A DNA stretch of 63,982 bases, the filler included, from Octopus bimaculoides (taxonomy: Eukaryota): NCBI RefSeq assembly GCF_001194135.2. It is 7 parts of 6 records of this genome, joined end to end, with 100 filler letters (N's around TTAATTAATTAA, not from the genome) between each part and the next. Parts side by side here need not be neighbours in the genome. Positions count along the whole stretch, not along the records: positions 28,309 to 54,782 come from NC_069000.1; positions 54,883 to 58,718 come from NC_068986.1; 5 more parts are not named here. One strand, given 5' to 3'. The number at the start of each line of letters is the position of its first letter. The first letter of the stretch is position 1. A program made the translations under genes and the position numbers. The notes beneath the pieces are model-generated. The model was not told the DNA's origin and did no database searches. It was given only the letters and a program-made list of their open reading frames with translations. Shown here in pieces: positions 41,108 through 55,440 of the stretch.

Positions 41108-42065
41108 AAGAAAGTAGTTGTTTTGCAGCATTGTTTGAATATCAAACAAAATGCTTAACAGTATTTGTTCCAGCTCCTGGTTCTGAGATCAAGTCCCACT
41201 GAAGTTAGTTTTGCCTTCCATCTTTCTAAGATTAATAAGATAAAATGCTAGTCAAGTACTAAGGTCGATATAATTAACTGCTTCCCCCTTCCAAATCTCT
41301 GGGCTTCTTCTTTTGTAAGAAGTTATTCAAGCTGCAAGCTGGCAGAATTGTAAGCATGCTGGACAAAATGCTTACTGACGTTTCAGCCTTCTTTACGTTC
41401 TGAGCTGAAATTCCACCAAAGTCGACCTTGCCTTTTATCCTTTTGGGGTTGATGAAATAAGTACCAGTTGAGCACTGTGGTTAATGTAATTAACTAGTCC
41501 CTTCATAAAAATTTCAGGGCTTGTGCCTATAGTAGAAATTATTATTATGAAATAGGACAATGGATTGGCAGAATAATTAAAGCATCAGACAAAATGCCTT
41601 GTGGTATTTGTTCTAGTTTTTTACATTCTGTATTCAAATCACACTAAAGTTCTATTTTGCTTTTCATCCTTCTGGGGTTGAGAGAACCAGTCAAGTATTA
41701 GAGCCAGCAACATTTGTAGCCTTGTTAAAAATAATAATTATTATTATTATTAAAAAATTACCATTAGAAATGTTAGCACGGCACTTAGAGATTTTTAAAA
41801 AAAAATATAAATTATATAATAAATAAATGAAATATCGAGGTGTTTTATGTAAATTAGTATTAGATGCTATAAGAACAATTCTGCCAGCTTGCACCTTGAA
41901 TAATGTCTTACAAAAGAAGAAGCCCAGAGATTTGGAAGGGGGAAACAGTCAATTATATCGACCTTAGTCCTTGACTGGCATTTTATCTTATTAATCTTAG
42001 AAAGATGGAAGGCAAAACTAACTTCAGTGGGACTTGATCTCAGAACCAGGAGCTGGAACAAATAC
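39795..42065. mobile_element. Dense array of degenerate SINEs, mostly family A on +, separated by (TTA)n/(TCA)n/(TAG)n
   Basis: Repeated ggca(a)gctggcagaat...gttcaaatt...gactttgcc...agtaccag motifs near 39805, 40040, 40600, 40805, 41120, 41335 and 41560. Confidence 0.8.
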
Positions 42066-42757
42066 TGAAACAGGAAAGAGCAACAATTCACTGATGAGAT
42101 CTATATTAGGTGTTGCTGAAAATTAGTTTCAGCATGAAGAAGAAGGTTTAAAGCCCTGACAATAGACAAAAAGAATATGCAGTTCTAATAAACAGTGGAG
42201 ATGTAATTTCAGAATTATTTTAGAGTAAGGCTAAATACATATTCTTACATTGATTTAATTGACTTGATTCAATTAGTTTTATGGTGTGTCCTGTAGTTTT
42301 TGTAGAACATATTGAGTTGCAGAAGTTGTGGTGGTTGGAGTAAGAGGGGGACAGTGTTATGTTTAAGTTTGATGAAGTGGCTTTCATCTCTCTTTTAAAG
42401 CTTTAAGACTCAGTATTTCCGAAGCATTCATACTATCTTGTACACATGTGCGCACATGCACACACACACATTCTTTCTTTCTCTTCTTGAGATAGAATTT
42501 GAACCTAGAACTCAGAGAGATGATATCAAATACTGCATTGCACTTAATATGGTGTTTTACACTTTTTACCACCACCATCCGCCCACTCACCCACCCACCT
42601 GTGCTTACATGAAAACTCAACTGCAAAAACTTGATTTGTTTTTCTAACTTCTCAGCATTTTCACAAAATTCTGTATTTCTTATTCTAATGGTTTCCATTA
42701 TCACCTAATATTTTTTTAAAATTGTTTTTATTTCTCTGATGTTCTTAAATTAAATTG

Positions 42758-42791
<34 letters not shown>

Positions 42792-45700
42792 AGGAAAGAA
42801 AAGTTGTTAATTTGTTGTTGAACACATTTCAGTCTGTTTTGTAAGAGTAATGACACTAAAACTTAGGCCAAATTAATTATGTAAGGCGTTTTGGGTAAAC
42901 AAAAGTAGCAACAAAAAAACTCTTAAACTTAAATAAGAAGAATAACAACAAAACTAAATTCACACAATAGTCAACAATGGATTTGTTTGTGAAAGCTTGT
43001 AGGAAAAACATTTTCCCCTTCTTTTTTGTTTTTGATTCAATCTTTTCAATGCCAACACATTTGAGATACTTTTGATTCTGTGATATAATACTGTCCATTT
43101 TAAAGTATTTCTATTTAAATAAAGAGGCGATACAAATTATGTACCAAAGACCAGTGTAATAACAACAAAGTTATTTTATTCAGAACCTTGAAATTCTTGA
43201 TTATTTTCAAAATTAATTGAAACATCATAGTTTGTGTATTTTATTAGAGACATGAACCAGAAGGGGCTGAACTCCACCTACATTTAAAAAAAAATTAATT
43301 AAAACTGAGCTGGCAGAATTTTTAGCACACCAGGCAAAATGCTTAGCAGTATTTCGTCTGTCTTCATGTTCTGAGTTCCAATCCTGCCAAGGTCAACTTT
43401 GCCTTTCATTCTTTCAGGGTTGATAAAAATAAGTAGTTGAGTACTGGGGTTGATGTAATTGACTTACCCTCATCCCCAAACTCGCTGGCCTTGTGCCAAA
43501 ATTTGAAACCAATATTTTATGGAGAACTCTTCTATTTCGACATTTACTTTTCCATATACACCACCCATCACAACTACCACCACAGAAGCATGAGGCAACA
43601 AGAGTCTGATTATGGTCACTCCACCGGATTAAAAAACAACAGTAAATTACACTACTATCTTAAAAGAGATGAGATCTAAGATGACATTGGATAATGTAGT
43701 ACAAGATACACAATGACTGAAAAGAAAGACGGGTTGGTCGTAGTTGGAAAGCTTTTGATTTTAAATATGCTCAATCAAGCCTAATTTGGGGCTAAGCAAT
43801 AATGAAGGAGCCTCTAAGTGATTAGTTCACCAGTCCCCTCTATAATCACATCTTAGCATCTAAATAAAAAAGAAGGGGCACATTGGATATATAGATATGT
43901 CTGAATAAAAGACATAGTATGGCTGGAACACCTTTGATCATTGGTCTGCTTGATCAGGACTCTCTTTTGGAAAAACAACACTAGTGCTTTGAGAACCAAT
44001 AGATTTCTCTCTCATTCTGCAGAAAGTTAACTATCTCAGTGACCCTCACTAAAGAAATGAGCCTATACACACACATACACATGCATTTTTGGGTTACTGA
44101 ATACATATTGTAGAGTATATTTATTTGTAGAAATCTAGTGCTTCATTTTGTCACTAGTGAGTTTCTTATTCAATATGGCCATTCACGTAACATTTTTTTT
44201 TTCATTTTACCTGAAGACTGTATCAAGTGATAAAATCTGAGTAACAAAGGTGTGAATCACTAACTTCATATGAATTCGTACACACAGGCTTTTTTTTCTC
44301 TGCTAATTCTTATAATCATTGTTAATTGTGTAATATCTTATATCAAATGGTCATTAAAATAATAATAATGATGGTGGTGAAGATGTAAACAATGCTTGTG
44401 CTACCATCACTATAACTACCCTAGGTTCTATTAAGTATACAAACACAAATATACCAGATCAAACATCATTAATTTTCATTTGATCATTTGAAATATCTTT
44501 TCATGCACACATATTCATTTATTTATTTACTCTTATGTACTAATATGTACCGTCCATTATATTTAAATTTTCTGTTTTATTATTTTCTTTAAAAAATCAG
44601 ACATTTCTCAGATTCTTGTACAAATATTTTAGAGAACTATTATTGTTTGCTTTTAATTTGTTACAGCATCTATTTAATGATCTGTACATTCTGAGTTCAA
44701 ATCCTGCCAGCATCAACTCTGCCTGTGTTCTTTCCAATGTCAATGAGATAAAGTACCAGCCATGTTCTGGGCTGAAGTTAATCAACTATTATAACATCTG
44801 TTATTGAGAACTGTTCTTGTAAATTTTTTATTTGTTGCAATATTTACATACAAAACTCTACCTTCTGAGTCTAAATCTCACTGAGATCAACTCTATCTGT
44901 CATCCTGTAATGTTAATAAAATAAAATACCAGTTGTGTACGAGGGTTGATTTGACAAACTCCTCCCAAGTGTATGGCATGTTAGAAATCACCGTTTCTAT
45001 ATGTTGTTCACTTAAGCAAAACTATCTGTCTTATGATCAACAAATTAAATTATATTCATATTGCTGAACCAGCAAGTTAGCCTCTGAAGTAGTTCTGTTA
45101 GTTATAGAGATAATAGTCAGCATATAGTAATCATATATAAGAGTTTTTTTTTTTTATCATTTCACACAGTTCAATTTGAGTCCTACAGTATGGGAAGGGG
45201 GTCTTTTAATGTATATGTATTTAGCTGCTGGTAAACTCATAATCATTAACTGGTTCAAGTCATGTCTGTCTGAACAGACTTTCTGCAAATTTTGTGAATT
45301 AAATTGTTAAAGTTGATACCTCATCTGTCAGTAAATTTTGAAGTCATTCATTGATGAGTAACTTCAAAATTGGCAGAGAGCTGAACCTCATAACATGGTT
45401 TCTACACTAAATGAAGATTGATGTCTTCTATAAATTTACCATTTAGTGAACATACAAATTGAACTAATCATTTCAATCGAGCAAGAGACCAACATACACT
45501 AATACTGGGGCACTTTTCTCTTATAAATATTATTGTAGCTTCCTTCACAAATATGCAAAATAAATGCACTCCAAACATTTCGTAAGATATTCTATGATGG
45601 AGAGTTATTAAACAGAAACCAGTATTTACAAAAGAGTCTTACTGATATACAATTATGTTAAAAAGCCACAAATTCTTTATAGGAATAATATAGAATGGGT

Positions 45701-47869
45701 TCACTTCTAACAAATAGAATCAGTGGCCTGGTTTCAGTCCATTTTTCCTGTTAACCTTGAGGAAGATATGCACCTCAAACATTTCGCCTCTACTCTTAAA
45801 TCTGAAGCCTTCTAAGAATCAAATCACTTTTACTTTTCTCTTCTAATGAAAATAAGCATCCTTTGTTAATGGGGAAGGGAAGATGACAGTACACAATAAA
45901 TATATCTACATTCATGATTTTCATTCTGTTGCTAGAGTTGAATTTATCTGCGTTGAATGGATCTTGGTCAGTCAACCAGAGGGTCAGTATTTCATATCCT
46001 GGCACAAAGTACACCTGACTTCTGTAAAATGTATTTTATTAGCTTGTAGTGCTGAGTTTATTTCTTTGTATGGGCATCAAAGTACATAAAACTGACTTTT
46101 TAAAACTGATTCTGTCATCATTAAAGTGGACTCAAAACAAATAAATGCTAACAAGCTAATCCTTTTCAAATTACCGATGCTGAACTCTTGCATTAAATGG
46201 ATGAGAAATAATTATATTTTGGGATAGGATATTGCTCTTTTGCAGGTAATTTCTTCCACTCATAAAATTAAACTCTGCATTGCAAGACAAGTAATCTGTC
46301 AATTCAACAGGACTGATCATAGAGCTCAGCTAAACAGCTTTGTTTTACCTACTTAATGGTTCTTGCATCTGTTTTAACATCAGTGAGTGGAACTGCCTAC
46401 TCATTGTATTACAATGTAAGTGGTTGAGGATTGCATAGACATTTGTTCTTTTAATGTAATCTAATAGAATCAGTGTGACAAGGCTGGACACTTTGAATTA
46501 TAGGTGCAGTCTATCTGGTAGGCTTCCACATAGTTTCTGTTTCAGTTTCATTCAGAAGGCCTTGATTGAGTTGAAAATAAGTCAGATTTTTGTCCAAGGT
46601 GCCATACAATGAAATTGAACCTAGGACCTTGTGATTATAAATGAACTTCTGAGGAAAGAACTAACTACCTTGGCCCAGGACAGCAAAATACTGATGGTAG
46701 GATATGAGCTATTTAAACTCCTCAGCTGGTTGTCCTTACCCAACTTATTCAGTCGAGAATACTTTTCTGATATAGAATGAATCACAATGTCAAATGATCT
46801 TTCATATATGTTGATGCACAAACACATTCAATGCTTTCTTTGTTTCCACACAATGGCATTTCTTTGTTCAATATATTTATTTGTCAAAATGAATAAAAAT
46901 CAAATTGAATTTGAAACTTATGTTTCCTTTTGTTTTGTTATTTCATAAGACTTAACTGCAACCTTAACATATTCTGGTTGGCTGTAAAGGTTCACATCTT
47001 TTATTTGGAATTACTACCTTCATGTGTACGCATCCTCATACAACTGTTCTTACCTTAAAAAGCCTAACTACAGTTAAAGGAGGACTTGTAGACAACTAAC
47101 CAAAAATTGTAGTAAATATGTAACAAAAGCAAATCCAGGCAAAAGAGAGAGTGAAAAAGTTCTCTCTTAGCAACCAAAGCTATTTTTTTGTTAGTTCAGT
47201 ACTTCCCATCAAGTTGTCTTTACTTTGCTTTCATGTGTCCTGCTGCCTGACAAATTGAATGCATTATAATATATAGCGTTGGTAGATAACATGATTATTT
47301 TACCTTTCTTATTACTATTTGTTGACAATAGCATCATTAGTTACAGATCAAACACTGGTTCAATACTTAATCAACTAAACTATTGTACTTTCTACTTTCT
47401 CAATAACGACTAAGAGTCACTATTGACTGAGGGCAATATTTTGTACCATCTATACAGTAGTTTCTTGCTCCATAGAACAATTAAGGCTTCCTACAAACCT
47501 TCTAGTCAAAAGAAAACATTTCAAAGAACTGCAATTAAAAAATGTAAAATCACACTTGGTAGTAGGCTAGTTGACTTGTTGCAGTGTTGATAGTTTGTAT
47601 AAGCCCTATATTCTGACTGGCTCAGTTCAATTAGAGGAAGAAGAGATAGAATACACCATGGTAGGTAGTAGTGTGTGTTTAACAAATATTTATTAGCCTC
47701 CAAACCTAAATGACAAATCAACACTAAGTTAAAATGTGCAAGAAATTAGTTGGGTTGCAAGCACAACCAACAGATAATTTTCTGCCCTTTTGTCAACATT
47801 TGGTATGTGTCTGTCTACAGAATATTTTTTAACATAGGCTTGCCACATCAAACTTGATCTTAACAGCAG

Positions 47870-50700
47870 CGTGTTAATTGCAAAAGAACACTACTTGGAT
47901 TCTGCCCATAGACATAGATACTCAGGAGGCAAACAAAAAAAAAAACTCATCAAATGTGCTATACAGACCAGTCCAACTGGCATACGCGCAAGTGGAGAAA
48001 TCACTGCCAAGCACTATCTTGGACTTGATAACTACTTCAGACCGCCAGAAACCAATACTAATAATATTGCTGTCTCTGGACATAATACTGATACTGCAAT
48101 GGCCTTAAATCAACAGTCACAAAATTCAGAGGCAGAAGAGGAGAAAACAATGGAAAGGAGCACACTATAGACCATCAGGGAACAAAACCCAAATAGTTAA
48201 ATTCAGCAGAAAGTTTAGAAACATGATCAAATCATGTGACATGATTACAGCCAAAGAAAAATTCACAAAATATCAAATGGCGAGAAAAAAGGAATGCACA
48301 ACATAGGACACTTCAGATGGGGAAGAGTATAAGCGGAAGACTACATCATACGCTACTGGTAAACCAATAAAGTTCAAACAATCGCTATCAAATGCAATTT
48401 CATACAGAATAAGAAGCACAGATTTCGAAAGTGACAACATTACAGCAGGAAAGAAAAAACAATGACGAAGTGGTCATTCCAATCCTTGAAACCTTCAAAG
48501 ATTACAGTCAATACATTGGGTTTGGTAACCTACTTAAATTATCTCACATACCAAACAAGGGAAATACAACCAACAACAGCACAACACATGTCCCTACCGA
48601 AATATGAATAGTTATTCAGCACCAATAGCAGTAGTGAACAGAAATGCAAAATGCAAAATTACAGCAGACACTCAAGAAAGCAGAACTTTCATCACAGACT
48701 TCCACGACTGGAGAGAGATGAACACAGTTAAAAAGATTAGACAAGGGGATACCTATGTACACAAATAGTTCAACAAGTCATTACTATGAAAACCCCTAAC
48801 CAACACCTTACACGACAACTTAACCATACATTTTGCTCCAGCATTCAACACCATATCAGCTACAGATTGGATGGATCTCTAGATGTATCCATGGCACCAA
48901 CTTATGGAACAGATGGAAACAATGCTATATCAAATTTTAAGAGAAATCATCTAAGAGTCAGAACAAAAGAAACAAGACTTAGCCATGACAGAAGTGTCTG
49001 ATATAGCTTTCAATTACCAAGAATGCAGAAAAGACACCACGGTGACAACAACAGACCCACAAGTACAATCATCTGAAATATACACAGTAGCAGACAGAAC
49101 ACTAATAAACAATGTGGTATACACAGCAGAGGACCCACCAGAAATTATATTAATTAAGTGCCCTTCTATTCCCGAAACCAAACAGATCAACATTATACTT
49201 TACTTTCGAAACTACATATTTCATTAAAATTGAATCAAATTATGCTTGCATCAGCCATCCACAAAAAATACCAACAATTGATGCAGGAATAGCAACTGGA
49301 ATGACATCTGAAAACTTTAAACACTGCTCCAACACACCACTTTCATGTGATCACATGGCACAGAGAGCACCCCAACAACAACTACAACTTCATGGTGGTG
49401 AAAAGGTTACTACTACAAAGAGGAAACAAACCTTACAAACTATCAGGTCAAAAAATATTCAATCCATACAGATTTGCTAGTTACCTCACCACAGACACCA
49501 AAAAACATTGGGTTGTTGTGGAAAACATGCTTGATGCAGACTAAAAAAAAATGTTTTACAAGAGGAAAGTGATGAAGAGCACATAATAAAAAACCAAGAC
49601 ATTGTACAAGGTAAGAAATACGACTTTATTAAAAAAACTCCTGAAAAAATGCAACACTCTGTAAAAACTTCACGTAAACAAAAATACAAAGAAACATGGG
49701 ACAGCATTTATACTAAACCTCAGCACCATCATACAAAGTGCAGCAACAGGAATTCACATTGGAACTAAACACCAATATGAGAGTAAATAAGAGAGAAAAA
49801 AGAATTCTTCCTTGCAAATGCAAACAACCAATACTGGGATGTACAAACATCACTAAACATATTGGACAAATGGTTACAATATCACAACATTGACGTAGCT
49901 AAATTTGCACAACACACATTTGAAATCTGTCACAAAATACTACAAAAAAAAAAAAAAAAGACTATACATAATGGGTGTCAGCAATTCTAGAAAAAGTTAC
50001 ATACTGTGTTCAATACAGAATGGACTCATGAACTGTGGAAGAATGTATGTTGCCAAGTATCAGATAATTTTACATTTGGAAGCTGCATTGACAAAACACT
50101 AATCTACACTGATGAAATGCAGTTTCAAACAACAACAAAGAAGCAAAATGTATCCTGGAGGGAGCACCAACATGCATAAACATTAGACATCAACTGGAAA
50201 GAATACTAAAAAGAACACCATTTCTCAACATAAGCAACACTGAACTATGGACCATCATGCAGAAGAGAGATGCAATACTTAGAGTAGATTACTACAAGAC
50301 TTACAAACCAATGCCAAAATTTAAAGATTGGGGGCATGATTGAATTAAATCCACTCATGTGACTAAACCATATGAAAAAAAAAAAAACATTAACAAATAC
50401 ATCAAGAGAATACGTTACAACTTATATGACCAAAGACACACCAAAGCAAAAAAAAAAGATTCCTCTACATGGAAAATGACCAAGCATCACCAGAAAAAAA
50501 AAAGAGAAAATACACGAAAGTAAGAATACAACTCAAAATTGATCTTACGACAAAAGAACCAATGAAACAAGAAAACAATGAGGTTCGTATGTTGATTAGT
50601 ACACATATATGGAAGTGTGAAGGTGGGATTCAGGAAAAATGTAGTTCTGTGAACAAAGGAAAAACTTAGCAATTTATTATTGGTTGATCTTAAAAAATAA
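47870..50700 (+). mobile_element. Very degenerate A/C-rich non-LTR retrotransposon relic
   Basis: Strongly A-rich strand, an RQGD-like RT remnant (agacaaggggatac near 48740) and an A-rich 3' end. No intact ORF, clade unresolved. Confidence 0.35.
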
Positions 50701-50823
50701 AATTTTAAAAAAACAAAAATAATTCATATTTTTTATTTTACTATTTTCTTTGTATATTTTTCAATGTCTTTAACATTTTCTTCTGTATAATTTGAGACTT
50801 GGTTTGAAGTTTCAGGTAACATT

Positions 50824-50887
50824 TTAAAATGTTGTACCATTATAACCAACACTAGCAGGAGGTACGTCGTTGAATTGTATGTAAAAC
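50824..50887 (-). CDS. MIF: MIF-family protein, last exon
   Basis: Acceptor cacttttag|g; AG+G gives R, then FYIQFNDVPPASVGYNGTTF*. AATAAA lies about 90 nt downstream (plus-strand tttatt, 50732-50737). Confidence 0.92.
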
Positions 50888-51931
50888 CTAAAAGTGAAAA
50901 ATAAGACATCTTACTCAAGACACATCAATCAGCAAATTAGAACAGAGAGTGCAATCATTACAGTAGATGTCTCTTTCTCATACTTGTATATAAAGACCCC
51001 CTTCAGTCATGAATGACCATGGGATTGCATCAAGAGAGTCACCCTCTGAGGTACAAGTCCAAGCAAGGTTTATGGAAGACCAGCAGTCATCCATGTATAC
51101 CAGCCTTCCCTCTCCATGCCACCAATGCTATCCAAGGGAAAGGCAAAGGTCAATACAGCTTGGCACCAGTGACATCGTAACTCATTTCTATAGCTGAGTG
51201 AACTGGAGCATTGTGAAATAAAGTGTCTTGCTCAAGAACGCAACACACAACCCGATCTGGGAATCAAACTACCTCACGATTGTGGGCCTGACACTAACCA
51301 CTGACCCATTATCTATATATATAGCCATATATATCTACACACACACACACACATGTATATATATATGTTATTTGAGATAAACAGGGACTGCTTATCCAAA
51401 TTGCAGTTTCATCTGATTGCTCTTCAATTGACTAGTTATGCCAGCAAACTGAAAAGCCTTTCAGAAATAGAGGGCCATGTTGGTATTATGCACATGATCA
51501 TACATTCTTACTGGACTCCATGTAGTAGGAGTGTAAGAGTCATTCAGCTTGAACCTTACTAGAATTTTCTTCCAAGTAAAGTAATCAACTTCTTGCTGAC
51601 AAGCATTTACTTTATGTATAACAGATAGTGAAAATCTGAACAGTTCACACATCAACAACAAAAACATACCAATGAGAGAGCTTATATACAGTCAGTTATC
51701 TTGCTAGAAAGAACAACCAAATTTTCTTCAAATCAAATTTTACCATCTTAAAAGGAGGACTTGCTGAATAAGGTTGTTTAACATTAATGTAGTAGATATC
51801 TACATCAAGGAAAAAGACTGAATGGTCATGTTTACATCATATTTGATCATAGATTTGGTGGATTAGGGCTAATCAAGGATTAAATAATAAAATCCTGCAA
51901 AGTTCATTCAACAACAACAAAGAAAACAAAC

Positions 51932-52104
51932 CTGTCCATTGGAATATTTAAAGTTTCATGGATAAAGCTTCCAATTGTTTTTGAATGGTCCTTGTTGACA
52001 TCTGGCCCTAGTTTTCCAATAGAAGTAACATGAACTGCAGCACATGGGTCAGTTGACCCTCCATGGCTCATTATTAGGTCAGGATGGACACAAATGGTAA
52101 AATA
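51932..52104 (-). CDS. MIF: MIF-family protein, exon 2
   Basis: 173-nt exon (ttacag|TAT...AG|gtttgt) encoding YFTICVHPDLIMSHGGSTDPCAAVHVTSIGKLGPDVNKDHSKTIGSFIHETLNIPMD. Same size and phases as vertebrate MIF exon 2. Confidence 0.94.
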
Positions 52105-54745
52105 CTGTAACAACAATAATAGCAGCATTAACTACAATAACAATAACAAAAATTTCAGCAATTACAGTTTGCAACTTCCCTTCAATAACTCCAACAATAA
52201 TAATAAATATGAAACCTCATTAACACCAATTTGCGGCAGATAAAAAGAAAAAAAGCAATAGGCCCACTGACAGCTCTTGAATCATGTATCCTTAGCTTGC
52301 CAGACAACTGTGTTATTGATTACACAACAATTGCTATTCCTTCTCAAATTACAGGACAAAATAATACAAATAAAATAATGAAGCATCAGAAAATCTGCCT
52401 TTTGTTATTTAATTCTGGTACTTTACATTCCGTGTTCAAATCCTACTGAAGTCAACTTCGCTTTACACCCTTTTGAGATTGAAAAAAATAAAGTAACAAT
52501 CAAATACTGGGCTTGATGGTATCAACTAACCTCACTCAAATTTCAGACCTTGTGCTTTTGCTAGAAAAGACAGAAGCATTTAAATCAGAAAAATATATAA
52601 TTCTTAAGAATAACTTTTAAACCACACACTCACCATGATCTTGAAAGATAACTAATCAAACACAAAAGCCTCACAACTCATAGTTTTAAACTCCCACCAT
52701 TTTAAATTGTATACTGCAGACACTCTTCATCTTGTTTTTACATCAAAAGTTTCTTATCACACTGCTCCATCACAGTCTGTACTGATGGCAGTCTTTCCAG
52801 CTCATCAAATTTTGGATACAAAAACAACTGATTATGCCTTCAACATCCTTCCCAATGTTACTAATAACCACAAACAATTCAATGCAGAAGATAATACTCT
52901 TCATTCTCGTTTACCCTTCTATACACAAGTGCCACCAGGACATCTCATGCTACAAATAGAGTCCTCAAAAACGAATTACAATAAGGATATCTCAATAGCA
53001 CAAAACTACATTCAATACAGGTTACATTAAACCCTTCCCATTTTTGAACAAATGAAGTCACTATAAATGAAAAGCCTCACAATAAGATTACATCTTGTGA
53101 TGGCCTCACACACATGTGTTTGTGTTAAAAACTTCACTTCCCAATCACATGATTTCAGGTTCACTTACACTGCATGGTACTTTGGGCAAGTGTCTTCTAT
53201 AGCCCCAGGCTAAACAAAGCTTAGTGAGTGGACTTGTTAGGCAGAAACTGAGAGAAAATAGTCATATTTATGTGCGCACACACAAACACACATCTGTGTC
53301 CTTGTCTCAACATCCCTTGATGGTTATAAATAAACATCACCATCAAACAAATGCTGTTCCTTGCTTCCAGGTCTTATGAAAATATGTTCAGCATATTGCA
53401 AGCATTCAAACCAGACACCTCAGTTACTTCTTCCCACATTTTTTTTTTCCTGCAGATCTTTGGGCTGGGCATCAGTTTACAAAAACCTGCAGAGGTCATA
53501 AATACTGTCCAACCTTGCCTAATTTTGTTTGTTAATCCTCCTTCATCTTGACCAGATTTTCAGCTAAAAGCTTTACCTTACTCTTCACTAGGAGTGCAGC
53601 TCCATTAGAATTCTCTCATCTAAATCTTTCTTACAGGCTTCGACCAACACAATTTTAAGCTAAATATCAAAAGTATTGAACTTAAAGATTTGGGAATGCC
53701 TATAAAGGAATAGTCTCTACTTTCTCTGATATGATTACTTTCAAAGAAAGGAAAAAAAAAAAAGAGCAAGAATTTAAATGAAGAGAATCTATTTGATTAA
53801 AAGTTCCATGATTATGCCCTGCAATACTTTCACACTCAGGAAATGAGGTAATCACTTAGGGTGGCATAGATATTTTTAAACAATTTAGACAAAAACTTCA
53901 ATCCAATTAAAAATACGAAAACTTTGTAATAAAGGGAGCAGATGATTTCATTGCTGGACAGATTAGGGGTAGAATGGGGAGCTGAGGGGTCGTGTGGTGA
54001 TATAACCAGTCACATGATTTGGTGTTAAACATTTCAAAGTTTGCCTTATTGCTGATTTACACATTGATATACATTAATATAAAGCTGTAGATTTCTTGTT
54101 TAGTAGTTGATGATTTTTTAACTGTTTTAGAAAATATTAAGGAAGAGGACTCATATTGCAAAGCCGGGAGAAAGAGCTTGCATTAAATAGGGCTGCTTTA
54201 GGTGCTCAACGTCCTGATATCATATTCAAAATAAAAACGTAAAGCATTCAGAAAAAAAGTAGTATGTGTGAAACAGTCAGGATAACAAAGAGATTAAACA
54301 AGCTACTAAAGATACATTATGCTACAAACGCCTCAGTTCAACCAGTGGAAAATGGGTTACAAATTCTATTCAGTGGAGAAGCGGGCTGGGGAATGTGTAT
54401 ACTTTACAGCATCACAACCTTAGATATAAGGTTGTAAAAGGAGAGTGGTTGCTTCGATTAATACACCATTAAGTTCACTGCTTGAAAGACATTAAGAATT
54501 GTTGGTAATTGTTCAGTTTAGTGATATTAAAAAAGTAAATAAAAATTAACGGGGAGATAACTAGTAAAGGGCCATACAAAAGTCAACAAATACTGTAGTA
54601 AGCTAATATGGTGAATGGGGAGAGGACTCGGAACATTCACATCGTCAGTTCATGACCTCTAAACTATAGTGTTTGACCCGGTGATAAAAATTTTTTTAAA
54701 TAGTGTAATAGATGTAAAACAACTTTCTCTGAAAGAATACCAAGA

Positions 54746-54782
<37 letters not shown>

Positions 54783-54889
54783 NNNNNNNNNNNNNNNNNN
54801 NNNNNNNNNNNNNNNNNNNNNNNNNNTTAATTAATTAANNNNNNNNNNNNNNNNNNNNNNNNNNNNNNNNNNNNNNNNNNNNATATATA

Positions 54890-55440
54890 CAGGGTGCTCT
54901 GACTAAGTTTGAAAGTTTGCATAACGAGAAAAGAATACACAACATCCAATCCCCAAATAGTTTTTTTTTCTTTTTAAATCAAATATACCAACTAGATTAT
55001 GGCTGAGAGATAAAGTTGGTTTCGGAATCTGACGAATGCGTTCCTCACTGTGTCTCTGGAAAGATCTTCGGACACTTCCTCGATCTTGGCCATCAGCTCG
55101 GTCTTGGGGATGCAAGTAGAGTGATTCATGTCTTTCTCAACTGCGCTCCGTACATTGTAATCGAGGGAATTACGAGGCCAGGAATTGGGGCTGGGAAAGT
55201 CGGAGAATTTCTCCGACAATCACTTCTTACTCTTTTCGGAGGTATGGCAAGGGGCCGAATCCTGCTACCATACATGACCTTCCAGAAGCAACCCTCTCCA
55301 AGTAGGGATTGACCACAGCCTCCGGCACTTTCACATAACTGTTAATCAGTTGTTGGATGAATTCCGGTGCGGGAACGTAATTAGAACGTCTACTGTGTGG
55401 CTTCCTGTTGACCACACCTTCGTAGTCTTCGTTGCAGCTC
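54890..55440 (-). mobile_element. 3' part of maT (DD37D)-like Tc1/mariner transposon
   Basis: TA followed by cagggtg TIR end. Minus strand reads QDSAPCHTS...FPSPNSWPRNSLDY (PDLNP deleted)...AFVRFR. Confidence 0.8.

Noticed and set aside
42091-42134. CTGATGAG...GAAA...TTTC hammerhead-like string
   Set aside because: No stem II closing pair next to GAAA and no stem I. Only a local 8-bp hairpin tgctgaaa/tttcagca.
45796-46040. Minus ORF YFVPGYEILTLWLTDQDPF...
   Set aside because: Short, with no recognisable motif or partner exon, so it is compatible with chance.
51461-51635. Alternative in-frame last exon for MIF
   Set aside because: Weak polypyrimidine tract and no MIF similarity. The canonical exon at 50887 fits fully.
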